NCBI GenBank assembly: GCA_000934665.2
Contig: JYFJ02003739.1
Span: 1-38,466 of the forward strand
Direction: 5' to 3'
Source of the DNA: Catajapyx aquilonaris
Taxonomy: Eukaryota
DNA: 38,466 nucleotides
Shown: one piece after another, positions 10,023 to 20,915 of the stretch
Position numbering within the stretch: the first letter of the stretch is position 1
How the letters are laid out: every line of letters starts with the position of its first letter
Notes under the pieces: generated by a model
Database searches by the model: none
The model's input: the letters and a program-made list of their open reading frames with translations, nothing else
Told to the model about the DNA's origin: nothing
Position numbers and translations under genes: made by a program

Positions 10023-10318
10023 GGGGAGACGGAGTGGCGCTGCGGTAACGTATGCACCCAAGGATGTTAAGGTCCCAGGTTCGATCCCAGCCCAGGGTTC
10101 CCCCCTTCATCTCATGCAGAATGGAGCCGTCTCTGGCTTCATTTCAGGTGGAATCTCCGCTAGACTAATCCACCCGGGAGAGTTCACAAAATGACCAATC
10201 AGAGACATTGCACTTGCACTTTGCACATCCCCTCCCAGTCACCCTATGGTGGTATTCCACGCCCCACCCCCCCAAGATGGGCTCTGGCCCTATCACGGGA
10301 TACACTTTTTTAAAAAAC
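10023..10318 (+). mobile_element. tRNA-derived SINE, full length, with TSD
   Basis: A box TGGCGCTGCGG (10035-10045), B box GGTTCGATCCC (10078-10088); 13-bp TSD CTAGTGACCATAA at 10010-10022 and 10319-10331. Confidence 0.88.
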
Positions 10319-10763
10319 CTAGTGACCATAACAGATGTCATCAGTGACATTTGACTAGGGGGACCTTTCACACCCCACCACAGGATGACACACTCCTTCA
10401 TATTAATACTAAATATTAATATGATCTCCACCTATTAATATTCTTAAGTAAAATAACCTACCAATTTCCCAACAGCATCTTTCCCATCTTCAAATAACCA
10501 GAGTTCCAAAAGCCTAATTCCACAAGACAAAGGACCCCTTTTCGAGGCAGAAAGGATGTCATATGAAGGGAAAATGTTGTGGTACAGAGGAAAGGAGAGG
10601 TAGAGGGAGAGGAGTGAATAGTCCCTCTGCAGTCCCAATTCATGGTGGGTCATACATATCCTCACCCTTGCTCATGACTTGGTCTATACTAAAAGGCTGA
10701 TTTCCCTCCCAGCATGACATGCAAATCATCTGGTGCAAGAATAATTTCCAAGAAAATCTTTAC

Positions 10764-11755
10764 CTCTAGAAAATAATGACCATCTTGCTGGTTCCCATAT
10801 TCATCCTCCACTTCCCCATTATCTTCAACCCTGCAACGGAAGCTCTCTTCCTCGTACTCCTCATCTTCGTAATCGTCCTCATATTGAACGGGGATGATGT
10901 GACCTGCAGCCTTTGGCCTCATCTGTGTATCACCCGACATACACATGGGGTTGGGGGCGGTGGCAGGTCTCCCTCGAAGTTGAGTGCGAAACTCAGGACG
11001 CAGGTGACGAAACACAGCGGGCTCGGCTGCTCCGGCTGACTTAGGTGTATTGCTTGACGAACTGCTACCTAAGGAATTTCTCCCCTCTCGAGATGGACTC
11101 CTGTAGAATCCCTGGGCCAAAGCCCCAGGTCCATAGAGGCGCTCAATCCGCTGCTCAATAAATGTTTTGGTCTTTTCTTTCTTCTTCGATTCCACACTCT
11201 CTGGTGAGTTCGTCGCTGGCTCTTCTTCGTTTGGTGCAGCCTGAGATTCTGGGTGGGTGGTGGCACCCTGCGTAGCAGAACTTGGCATGCCTGTTGAGGT
11301 ACTACCTGACCCATTGACAGCCACTTTAGGCGAATAATTCTTCGCAGAATCCATCCCGGCTTGCCTTACACACAAATTTCGTGGAAATGGACCACTTGTG
11401 TGGCTGGGTGAACTGGTCTCAGTAGGTTTGTTATACCCAAATGCAAACCGAGCAGGGCTATTGTCTCGTGACCGAAGTTCTTCCCGTAGCTTGGAATCGT
11501 ACCTAGTGATGTTTGTATAGCCACTGATTGAACACGATAAGTTTAAATAAGATGGCTTATGAACTTCTGGCAACACACCATTCACACATGCACGCTTCTC
11601 TAAAACTGTAGCACTGGTGCCTTCATCCACAAAGCGTATCGTACGGCGAATTGGTGCAGGACTGTGAGGTGTATGCGGTTGAGTCTCAGGCGTCTTTGCA
11701 CTAGTGTTGTCAATACTAACGCTGATCAGTGTGTGCTGAGAACCATCTACAGTCG
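10764..11755 (-). CDS. vlc: DLGAP/vulcan-like gene, large internal coding exon ending at the start of the GKAP domain (DGHYFLE)
   Basis: 992 nt open exon; acceptor ttttgtcctttcag|CG (phase 1), donor GAG|gtaaag (phase 0). Contains blocks recalled from insect vulcan (KPSYLNLSCSISGY..YDSKLR, FIEQRIERLYGPGALAQGFY, PAVFRHLRPEFRTQL). DGHYFLE joins in frame to ILEKEKER of the next exon. Confidence 0.92.
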
Positions 11756-13236
11756 CTGAAAGGACAAAACAAGAACTTCAGAATTCCTACCAAATTTTAA
11801 ACAACCCAAGTGCAATTTGATTCTACAAAAACCACAATGTAACTGCTCTTTTGCCTAGTGCCACCATCACCTCTGCAAGGTGCATTTTGTTAGGTGCAAT
11901 GGAATTTCTGTAACCCTGTTCCCACCACAGTCCCAAATTTCACCTGAATCAAGAGCTTCACAAAACACAAAGGCAGATTCTGGTTCAGTCCCTCAGAGTG
12001 CGTGAAGAAAGGCCGCATGTCAGAAAACACCTGTGTACAGAGGAGTTCCATCATTCTCTAGCCTGCACTTGAAAGGATATTGCACTCCTTCAGGCGAAAG
12101 TCTCGATTCCAAGGGTGCAATTTGTTTTTCTCAAAACAGAAACAGTAACCCTTGGGCAAGAGGACACAGGCAGCTGGAGAGCTGTATCTGCTTACTGATG
12201 GTACTACCACAGAGGAAGCGGTGAAAGAGAGTTAGCAGCCCCAGGGAGAGAATCTGTGTATCACATGCCTCTGTACATCCAGGTCTCTTCCCCCTCAAAA
12301 TGTTTGTTTTACTACTTTTCCTGGATGGTACTGTGTGTTCCCTGGTGATGAACCCTTTGTAGTAGATTATCCACATTTCCTGACTTGGGCTTCACACCCT
12401 GAGGTTACCTTTCAGATTTAGGAGAAATGGATTGTACTCTCACTGTCAGAATCAGAATTTCTTGCCCAATTCTTCTGAGTCCAACGTGCTGAATTGTCCC
12501 TCTAAACATCTGTCAAAAGTGGCACTTTGATTTTCCTTACAACTCATCACAACTAGTACTAACTGTATACTTAGGTTATATTTTTTATAACAGCATTAAT
12601 TTCATATACTGTGCATATGACATGCTACAACGCATTCCAGATGCAGAAAGACAATCAGCGAAAAATTTTCAAGATACAGCTGTAAAAGGCAATAAAATCA
12701 AAATTTCCAGAAGACATACTGACTGGCGTATGGCCAAATTACTCATTTCATGGTATCAAGTATTGAACTTGCCATAAATAATTCACACCCACTACCCCAC
12801 AGGTGGTTTCAGGCAGATGGATACAAGAACAAGGTGAGTCATTCACATCATTCAGCCACCCACCTTACTTAGGTAGAATACAAAAAAAACAACATGGATC
12901 TCAAAAATGATACTTTTGTGTCATGGAAAATACAGGACTATAAATTTTGGCCTTAATTACCTTGGCAGAGTGTCAGGCTACATGGTGAAAGCAAGCACCT
13001 TAGCAAGGTAGAAAATCTGTAGCACAACTGCTTTGCTTATTATTCTAGGATATTTAGTGGGTAGATGCTTGATAGAATCTCCTAGTAAAGCTAGAAATGA
13101 AATCCAAGGGTGCTGAGGTTTTCATGTTGCTTTGCAATGAGTTTCAGAAAGCCACAGAAGGTGGTAGGAACTTGCATTAATTTTTATTTGAGTTTTTGTG
13201 GCATTGGTTGCTTTTTGGTGTCACATTGTTCACTAA

Positions 13237-13366
13237 GGGCCAGTTTCATCACCAAGCACAGTAAACGATAAAACTGTGGTTCTTAAAGGAAAATCCATAC
13301 ATATACATAGGGATTTTCCAAAAGGACCCCGGTTTTATCATACATCACTCTTGGTGAAACCAGCCC
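13237..13366. mobile_element. 130-bp PIF/Harbinger (Tourist-like) MITE
   Basis: TAA|GGGCCAGTTTCA...TGAAACCAGCCC|TAA; imperfect hairpin throughout. Confidence 0.75.
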
Positions 13367-14155
13367 TAAAATTGATATTGATAACTGCACCATACTGGTT
13401 GTGTAGTGTAATACACCTTCAAATGGGATATTAGAATGGGCCAGCAGTAGCATGTAATCATCAAGGTTCTTTCATGTCAGTGAAAATATGACAAATTCAT
13501 AGGAATCCTCTGCCAATGTTAAAATTGAAATAAAAATTATCACATGCTATTAGCACTTTTTGGGGCATTTTGAATCTACAAGACATTGAATTCAACATGC
13601 CAACCCTTGGTTTGTAATCGTGGCCTTCCCTTTTCCATTAGGCTCCATTGTCAAGCACCTATCCAACAAAGATGTTAAAATGTAATAAGCAATGCAGGTG
13701 TCCTATGGAGATTCCCTACTGCAGAAAAATGCTAAGATCCAACCAAATTGTAACACCTTATGTTCTTGCACATATAGACCTTAACATTATTTCCTGACTC
13801 CTCCAACGAAACTCATGTGCAGCGTCAAAACAAGTTCCAAAATTATCCACCTGTGCTTAAAAATAAAATTAAAACAAACAAACAAACACTACTGAAACAC
13901 ATGGAATATGCTCAATGTTTTCCAATACACCCAACCTTCCTCTTTCCAAAGGTGTGACTTTCATGAAGGTGACTGACGGAATAGTTACAGCTGCAGCTAA
14001 AAGTCTAGTGCAGGGTCTAAGCCTGCAGCTGATGCCACACCCTCCCACCATCCAGGCAATCACTATAGGAAATTACATCCTCCCTCCTTAACTTCTTGTC
14101 CAGGTTCCTGCATCACAATACTGACAAGATAATAAATTGAAAAATGTCTCTTTAC

Positions 14156-14319
14156 CTGAGTACTCGCTAGCTGTAACATCCACATCAAGCGAGCAACTCC
14201 CAATGGACTCGCAGGACGCCATCTTCGAAGCAATTTTCTCCAATTGAGGTGATCGAACCACAATCTTGTTTCGTATGTTCAGACTGTGAGGTCGTGAGAC
14301 AGACTTTCCCAAGCGGGTC
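14156..14319 (-). CDS. vlc: DLGAP/vulcan-like gene, internal exon; internal ATG at 14222 (MASCESIGSCSLDVD) may start a short isoform
   Basis: Acceptor cttttgacattttcag|G (phase 2), donor TCAG|gtaaag (phase 1). G+CG gives Ala in frame with exon 11755-10764. Encodes TRLGKSVSRPHSLNIRNKIVVRSPQLEKIASKMASCESIGSCSLDVDVTASEYS; ATG context aagATGG. Confidence 0.8.
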
Positions 14320-14569
14320 CTGAAAATGTCAAAAGAAATTTATTAGCTACCTGATAATATCTGCATCACATATCCTTAACATTTTCGATTATTTTAGATT
14401 TGTCCTCCTCATTGTTATACAGTTGTTTAATAATTAAGCTTGTAGCCTTATTGAATGAAATGTTGCAGACCTCCCTATGTGAACTGGTACTCCTATGCCC
14501 ATTACAGTCAGTCAGAATAATCTAAGGTGCATTCATCCACATGAACCCCCCACCACCATTTCCTATGGG

Positions 14570-14848
14570 ACACCAGAACAATTCTGGATATGACGCCTTA
14601 GCAGAATGTGGGAAAAGAGCACCTGGCACCGGCAGGGCAGGAAACACCTCAGGACTGAAGTCTCTAATTCACCAACCAGATCAGCCATTCAAGGTGTGAC
14701 AGGGTTACTGCATTTTCAGTATGTAATTCTCACCCTGACCTGACACTCAAGCACCAGCCTGAGAATGGATTCAGCCTAATTCTTGTAGCAATAGGAAGCC
14801 CTTGCTAAATAAAGCCAAATAAAAGTCATTTGGATTTGATTTGATTTT
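14570..14848 (+). mobile_element. Possible non-LTR retroelement 3' end
   Basis: Ends AATAAA..AATAAAAGTC followed by a short (ATTTG)n tail. The 5' boundary is approximate and no RT motif was recognised. Confidence 0.3.
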
Positions 14849-16069
14849 AAACACATGTGGTTAACTACCAAGTTAATTTAAGGAACATATTTTCAGTCAT
14901 ACGCATCTGAAAACCAAAGGAAAGGATGAGATCCTGCCAGCTTCTCTTAGATCTGCCCTTGATGGTCATCGACCCATGATAGTCCTGAATGGTCTTGAAG
15001 AGACAACAATGGTGCCAGTGACCTACTTTGGAGGAAAACAATAGAATGTATGGAAGGTTAATGTAATATTGTTCTTCGCCTCAATGCTCACTGGTCTGAT
15101 CCATGACCAAGTTGTGCTGGTGAAAGATGGGGTAAGGGGAAAAAGTGATGATTATATCTAAAATTGTTTCCTGACACAAGAAAATTTACTAAGTCTGTCT
15201 TTACTGTTATACATTCTACGTGGCATCAACACTGACGCAGTAGGCACTCACATGTTTGGAGTTCTTTCCTTCCCTACCTGTCCAGGGATAGGGCCCATTT
15301 GCTTCAAACTTAATGCAAGTTCCATTCCAACTACATTCAAATTCACACCTGGCGTACCAATAAATTAATTCCCTTTCATTCTTCTCATCATTTCCAATTA
15401 GTGTTGAAAAGTGAATATCACTTGCTTCAAAAATAAAATTTACAGCATCTTTTATACAAGGCCACTGCTATCAAAATAAGCATGACCCACCAATCACCAC
15501 CAAGATCGGTCAGACATAGCATCCAGGGTGCGCGACACATATATAAAACGCTTCATCTTCATGTTCTGCATGCTGTGGTTGCTTTTGATTTGTGCCCCTG
15601 TCACTGTTTAAATTGCAATATGCAAGAAATTCAATGCACCTGGTGGAGCAAAATAGGAATCTCTCATATGTCAACCCTTATTCCCGAAATGAAATGTACA
15701 AGGGCATATGCCAACCTACAGTCTCATCTCCCACTGGAAAACAGCGTGACATGCATTGCACTTATTCTATTCTTCCTCCCTGCCGGTTGCCCCGCCGCGG
15801 GGCAACCAGCCCGCAAAAAAGGAATAGTGGGGAATCCCTACGCTCCCAATGTTAATTTTTTTCTTAGCAACTGCTTCATGAAAAGGGATTTTCACAGTTG
15901 ATCAAGTGAACTTCAGGTACTATCAGCACAGTATCATCATGGACACTCTCCCACAAGCATGTGAAGGTGTCCGGAATAATATTGTGCTAATAGTAGCCTA
16001 CAACATTCCAGTTATGGTACAAGACTTATTGGCCTCATCATATTCTTTTTAGACCAATACCTGCATGTA

Positions 16070-16147
16070 CAGTCGGCACGGAAAAGGTAAGGACACATTG
16101 ACGGTTCCAGAATCCTCAATGTGTCCTTACCTTTTCCGTGCCGACTT
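16070..16147. mobile_element. 78-bp Tc1-like mini-MITE (TA TSD)
   Basis: 32-bp TIR CAGTCGGCACGGAAAAGGTAAGGACACATTGA (1 terminal mismatch), 14-bp spacer, TA on both sides. Confidence 0.85.
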
Positions 16148-16179
16148 TACCTGTGCAACTTATTTAGATTAATATTATA

Positions 16180-16582
16180 CAGGGGGGAGGAAAACTCCCA
16201 CCTAATTGCCAGGTAGACTGATCATACTCGCAAAACTAATATAGGGAGGTGCAATTAGTTTTGGGTGCTGGTGCGTAGTTTAATGCGTACGGCGCCTTTA
16301 AAGCATAGAGGGCCATGTGGTAAAATATGAGGTAAAAAGGACAAAGTGCACGGGTGTTGCACCCATGCCCTGACGGGATTTGATCGCCTATTATTAGAAT
16401 TATTCAGAGGCCCTCGAGCAGGCTTTCTTTGAAACTGGCGGTGCGGATGTGACGCCACGAAACTTTAAAGGCGCCATACACATTAACTACACTGCGCCCA
16501 AAACTAATGGCACATCCCCATATTAGTTTTGCGAGTAATATCAGTCTACTCGGCGATTGGGCGCAAGTTTCCCTTCACCCTG
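16180..16582. mobile_element. Tc1/mariner-like MITE with ~120-bp imperfect TIRs
   Basis: TA|CAGGGGGGAGGAAAACT...AGTTTCCCTTCACCCTG|TA; mirrored blocks TACTCGCAAAACTAATAT, ATTAGTTTTGGG, GGCGCCTTTAAAG. Confidence 0.8.
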
Positions 16583-16632
16583 TATACAGGTAGTTTTTGG
16601 AGAAACTTGTTCAATCCACTTCACTTTTACTT

Positions 16633-16837
16633 CAGTCATCCAGATAAATCACTTCAAGGGACCATGGAAATCAATATCCAATAACCAAGGTTTCATATAT
16701 CCAAAAACACAGGCCATATATCTGCTGTAAAAAACCGGTTTTGGCGGCCGATATGGAAGTATTCCGGGACCAGCCCTTCGAGTTGGCTATCACTGAGGGT
16801 TGCTTATAGCTGAGGCTCTTATATCTGGAGTCGGCTG
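16633..16837. mobile_element. Degenerate pogo/Tigger-like MITE related to 22856-23412
   Basis: Shares ACTTCAAGGGACC, ATGGAAGTAT..CGGGACC.GCC.TTCGAGT and TTATAGC.GAGGCT.TTATATC.GGAGTC with 22856-23412. Confidence 0.55.
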
Positions 16838-16936
16838 TGCATGTTGTCTCCTAATGAATTAGTTGTTATAAAGCATTTCTTCTACAAGGGCCTTTCCAAA
16901 ATTATTTACTATTATTTTACTTTTTTGCCACAAATA

Positions 16937-17414
16937 CAGGGCTCGTGCAGGTCGAAAGATAGGCACACATTATTGATAGAACCCTCCTGGAGCAGAATGC
17001 ACAGGAGTCATGGGTGTGGCAACCTCTCCAGGCCCTCCAGGAACAACTCTTTGGTGATGCAGAGCACCCACTCCCGGACAACTCTTCGCAGTCAACAATG
17101 TCCTCGAAATAGCATCAGACAAGGGGTTTTTTCATGACTCTGAACAGGTGAAAGTCACAGGGGCCAGGCCGGGGGAGTACAGCAGGTGTGGCAGCACCAA
17201 AAAGCCCTATCCATGGAAAAAAAAAACTTCGCCAACATCATTTCCAGGATGTTGTTGACAGGTGTTGACTGTGAGCAGTAATGTTGTCCAGGACCTCCAA
17301 AAAGTGGTTCTTGGAGGGCCTGAAGAGGTTGGCACACCCATTACTCCTATGTATTCAGCTCCAGGAGGGTTCTATCGATAATGTGTGCCTATCTACCGAC
17401 CTGCATAGGCCCTA
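16937..17414 (-). mobile_element. mariner-derived non-autonomous element with ~120-bp TIRs and a transposase remnant
   Basis: TA-flanked. The interior on the minus strand reads LDNITAHS ... LPHLLYSPGLAP/CDFHLFRVMKKPL (mariner HDNARPH and YSPDLAPxDFHLF motifs). Both arms encode a C-terminus-like K..FLEGL(E/K)RL.HP.LLCI.LQEG. Confidence 0.85.
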
Positions 17415-17485
17415 TATTTTTGGTAAAAAAATAAATTGTAAATCATTTTGGAACGGCCCTCATAAGATTGTTTTTCCCTGACAGC

Positions 17486-17919
17486 CACAATTTTTAGTGG
17501 AAGTTGTTCATAATTATGTCTGATATTTTTTAAAGTGAAACAGTCTTGTCCTGGTCTTGTCCTATCTATTCAGGTATTACAAAAATCTGCATTTGAAATT
17601 CCCAATATTTCCATTTTAAAATCCGGAGTCACCAGACACCTTAGTAAATTCAAATTTAAATTTTGCAAGAAATGGTAGATGAATATTGATTTTCAGAGTT
17701 GCATATTGTTCACTCAGACAGTTAATTGCAACAGGTATGGCTTGACAAAGTAAACTGAAAATTATCTTAAGTGCCTAGTGCCTCCCATCATGTTTCAAGT
17801 GGAAAAAAAATTGCATTGAGAAATTGAAATCTGATTTTTGTAATTCAGCAAACGACAAAATAAATCTCAGTTTCACTTTGTCCTCTGACATTATGAACAT
17901 CTTCCACTAAAATTTGGTG
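17486..17919. mobile_element. Degenerate inverted-repeat element (outer ends lost)
   Basis: CACAATTTTTAGTGGAAGTTGTTCATAAT mirrored by ATTATGAACATCTTCCACTAAAATTTGGTG; further mirrored block ATTACAAAAATC / GATTTTTGTAAT. Confidence 0.55.
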
Positions 17920-18077
17920 ATCAGAGGAAATAATAATCATGGGAGGACAATGTCAAATTGTAGAGAGATAATATTACACCACATGATAGGCATGCACTTC
18001 CTTTTCTATAGTGTGTTCCAATCATCTCAGATCTGCAGCAGTGGAAAAGAATAATGAAAATTGTGCTGCTTTTCTTA

Positions 18078-18236
18078 GGCCAGGTTGCACAGACTCCCAG
18101 AAAATTTGTCTGGCCGAGCAAGAGCCGGGTTACTTTGTTATTTATTGCCGACTGCATGGTTGACAACAATGAACAACAAAGTAACCCGGCTCTTGGTCAG
18201 CCAGACAAATTTTCCGGGAGTCGGTGCAACCCGGCC
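18078..18236. mobile_element. 159-bp PIF/Harbinger MITE
   Basis: TTA|GGCCAGGTTGCAC...GTGCAACCCGGCC|TTA; ~60-bp arms. Confidence 0.85.
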
Positions 18237-18980
18237 TTAGTAGCATAGAAGCTGTAAATGCAATGTGCAATACATGGTTGCTTGTCCATCTTATATATTG
18301 CAGCTGGTTGCAGTAGTCAAATGGAATAGCAGAATAGCCTTACTGTACATTGCAGTTTTTGTTTTTTTGTTTAGGATGCTGTACTTTAGAAAAACGATGC
18401 ATTTGTACGTAGCAGTAAGGTCTAGTGTCCAGGCAATCCACCTAGACAGTTCCCCTTACCGCTATATTTTTCAAAAGTACTGCAGGTAAGAGCTCAGGCT
18501 GCATGAGCTGCATGTGGAGGCCACCATACCTTGCCAACTTAACATACGACTGCAGGCAGGATTTCTAGTATGTATCTGAGCTGACTTTTGATTTGAAACA
18601 CCCTGCACAATGCCACACTAAGCCAGGGATTAATGGCCTATAGGCAACAAAAAACTGGGGCAGATGACACTTTATTACCAATCATATCATACATCACTTG
18701 CAACCTGGGCTGAGCATGATAATGTGCATTTCAAGGTTGAAGTAGGCAGATGGGCTTGGTCTCTGACATTCCGTTATGTTGGCAACACTTGCTGACAGTT
18801 TGTTGTAGATCTTGGTTGTTAGGAACTTTATACAGGAGTTGTGATAACATCACGGGACTACGTAGATGAGAAGCTTGGAGCTTCCGAGCAAGCTGCCTGA
18901 GCGCAGCACATTTACCACATGGTAGATAGATGAATCAAGTTCAAATGGTGTTTCAGTATGAATCTATCTATGTACATGTA

Positions 18981-19643
18981 AAAGGCAAAAGTTTTTTTGT
19001 CCAGGTTTGGTTTGGTCTTCCAACATGTTTTGTGTGGCAGTGGTTACCATGGCAATGAGGCGCCATACTTGAGTGACTCACGTGTAAACAAGACTCCCAT
19101 CGTCAGTGTGAGTGGAGATGGCTTGCAGGCCGGACGTGTGTATGGAATGGATATGGAATGCAACCTGTTTTCATAGCAATGGGGTTACCATGGAAACCTG
19201 GTGGCAACAATGGCATTCAACAATATCAATGGTGCCATGGCATCAACTTTGTTGTTATGTTACCATGGAAACAGGCCATGCCAGTACATGTTCCATAGCT
19301 GAACCTGTTCTTTGCATGGCCTGTTGCCATGGTTTCAATCAACAACAAAGCTGATGCCATGGCACCATTGATATTGTTGAATGCCATTGTTGCCACCAGG
19401 TTTCCACGGTATAACCCTGTTACTATGAAAACAGGTTGCATTCCATATCCATTCCATACACACGTCCGGCCTGCAAACCATCTCCACTCACACTGACTAT
19501 GGGAGTCTTGTTTACAATTGAGTTACTCGAGTGTGGTTCCCCATTGCCATGGTAACCACTGCCACACAAAACATGTTGGAACCTACACCAGGTCCCAGGT
19601 GTCGGAACACAAAACCAAACCTGGACAAGCAAACTTTCCCTTT
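18981..19643. repeat. ~660-bp imperfect palindrome rich in RFX X-box-like motifs
   Basis: Arms align from TTGTCCAGGTTTGGTTT (~18997) and AAACCAAACCTGGACAA (~19628) inward to a ~5-nt loop near 19297. The right arm has an extra ~25 nt at ~19582-19608. Repeated GTTRCCATGG(C/A/T)AA(C/T). Confidence 0.85.
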
Positions 19644-20109
19644 CCTTTGCCTTCTTGTTTCATTACAGTTTTCATCATACTAAAACCTCAGCATGCCCCC
19701 ATACCTATACCCTGTAATATATCCAAATTTAATTGCAAGCTATGTATTACCTTTGACACACACAGCTTAACAAGCAAGGCAGTAATCAGTGACACCTTGG
19801 TGACACTTGTTGTTACCTCACAGGTTATGGAACATTAATCTTGTCAAGACATGAACCAGCCCTGGTGGCAACTGGTACCCATTCCAGCCTGACCACCATT
19901 CCCTTACAATCCACAACTAAATAATGACCCTGAGTCTTCCCCCGAGACATGCCTTCCCAAATGAATGAAGTCCAGTAACCCTCCCTCTCTTTTCCCCTCT
20001 CCATGGAAGCATGCACACCCACGCCGCTAATACTCGCCATGTTTGCAGCCGAAGAATAACTTGCACCCGCCAGAAAACGTGTCAGGAGTTCCCCTAACCC
20101 AATCGGCAC

Positions 20110-20330
20110 CTCACTGTCCCTCCGCTCTGCCCACAAGTCCACTGTCCGCCCACAACTACTAGCACAACTTCAAGAATACAAAATAGAACGTCCGACCCCA
20201 ATGAAGGCGAGCGGACAATGAAGAAGAAAAAAAAAAAGAACAGTCCGGTGGCGGGCACTTGTTTTGATTACAGGGTCAGACGGGTAGCGGCGCTAGTGGG
20301 CGGCTGCATTGCACCATCTGTTGTGCATCT
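20110..20330 (-). promoter_or_regulatory. Candidate internal promoter / first exon for a short isoform
   Basis: Local GC/CpG rise; CTCF-like motifs AGCGGCGCTAGTGG (20286-20299) and GCACCATCTGTTG (20311-20323); downstream minus-strand donors at ~20115, 20110 and 19817. Confidence 0.35.
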
Positions 20331-20772
20331 CTGAAACTAGTTTGCAACTGGGTCAAGTGCAAGATTGGTCCATTTGAAAGGTTAGCAGCTGCAGTGACTG
20401 AGTACCCTTGATTTTCAGCATTGTGTTGCGTACGAGGATGATGTAACTCGTGATGTAACCTGTAGTTAGGTCGCTTTTGGGTGAGGTATTTGCTACAGTA
20501 TTTGCCAGACCGTAGCGCCGTGGTGTGACGGTAGGCAAACTACGGCGGGATCTTTAACGGCCACGCTGGACCACGCTGGTCGACGCCGGTACACATAGGC
20601 CTGACCACGGGCCTGACCACGCTATCAAAATCGACAATGTATTTTTTAAACATCAGAAATGCCCGTGAAAGTCTAGAAACTGTAGAAACTTCAGAAGGAA
20701 GGTATTAATTTTTAAAGTTGCAAACTGACTTGAGCACATGGTCGCGCGTGACGTCACGTCATGACTTCAGAA

Positions 20773-20915
20773 ATGGAGTATATGCTGTTGTTGCTGTCTG
20801 ATGCTACATGTCCAACGCCAACGGTGAGGATCTGGCATTGCTTTTGGTATAGCATTTTACGGGGTCGTGAAGCTCAAATTATGGGTTGGCGAGAATTAAA
20901 AGGACTGGCGAAAAG
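20773..20915 (+). pseudogene. Possible decayed THAP-domain start from a DNA transposon
   Basis: Cys-rich start (TGCTGTTGTTGCTGTC.GATGC) followed, across frameshifts, by KLW../LARIKRTGEKG, resembling the THAP CxxxxC and W...I(K/R)R motifs. Heavily degraded. Confidence 0.22.

Noticed and set aside
10023..10100. tRNA-like A/B boxes (also at ~6270-6344, ~35750-35824, ~36050-36115)
   Set aside because: No complete cloverleaf; each continues into a SINE body and tail (one with a TSD), so these are SINE heads and not tRNA genes.
11990..12510. Candidate extra exon after ttttgacag| near 12510
   Set aside because: Stops occur early in the frame required by the phase-1 donor, and exons 14156 and 11755 already join in frame.
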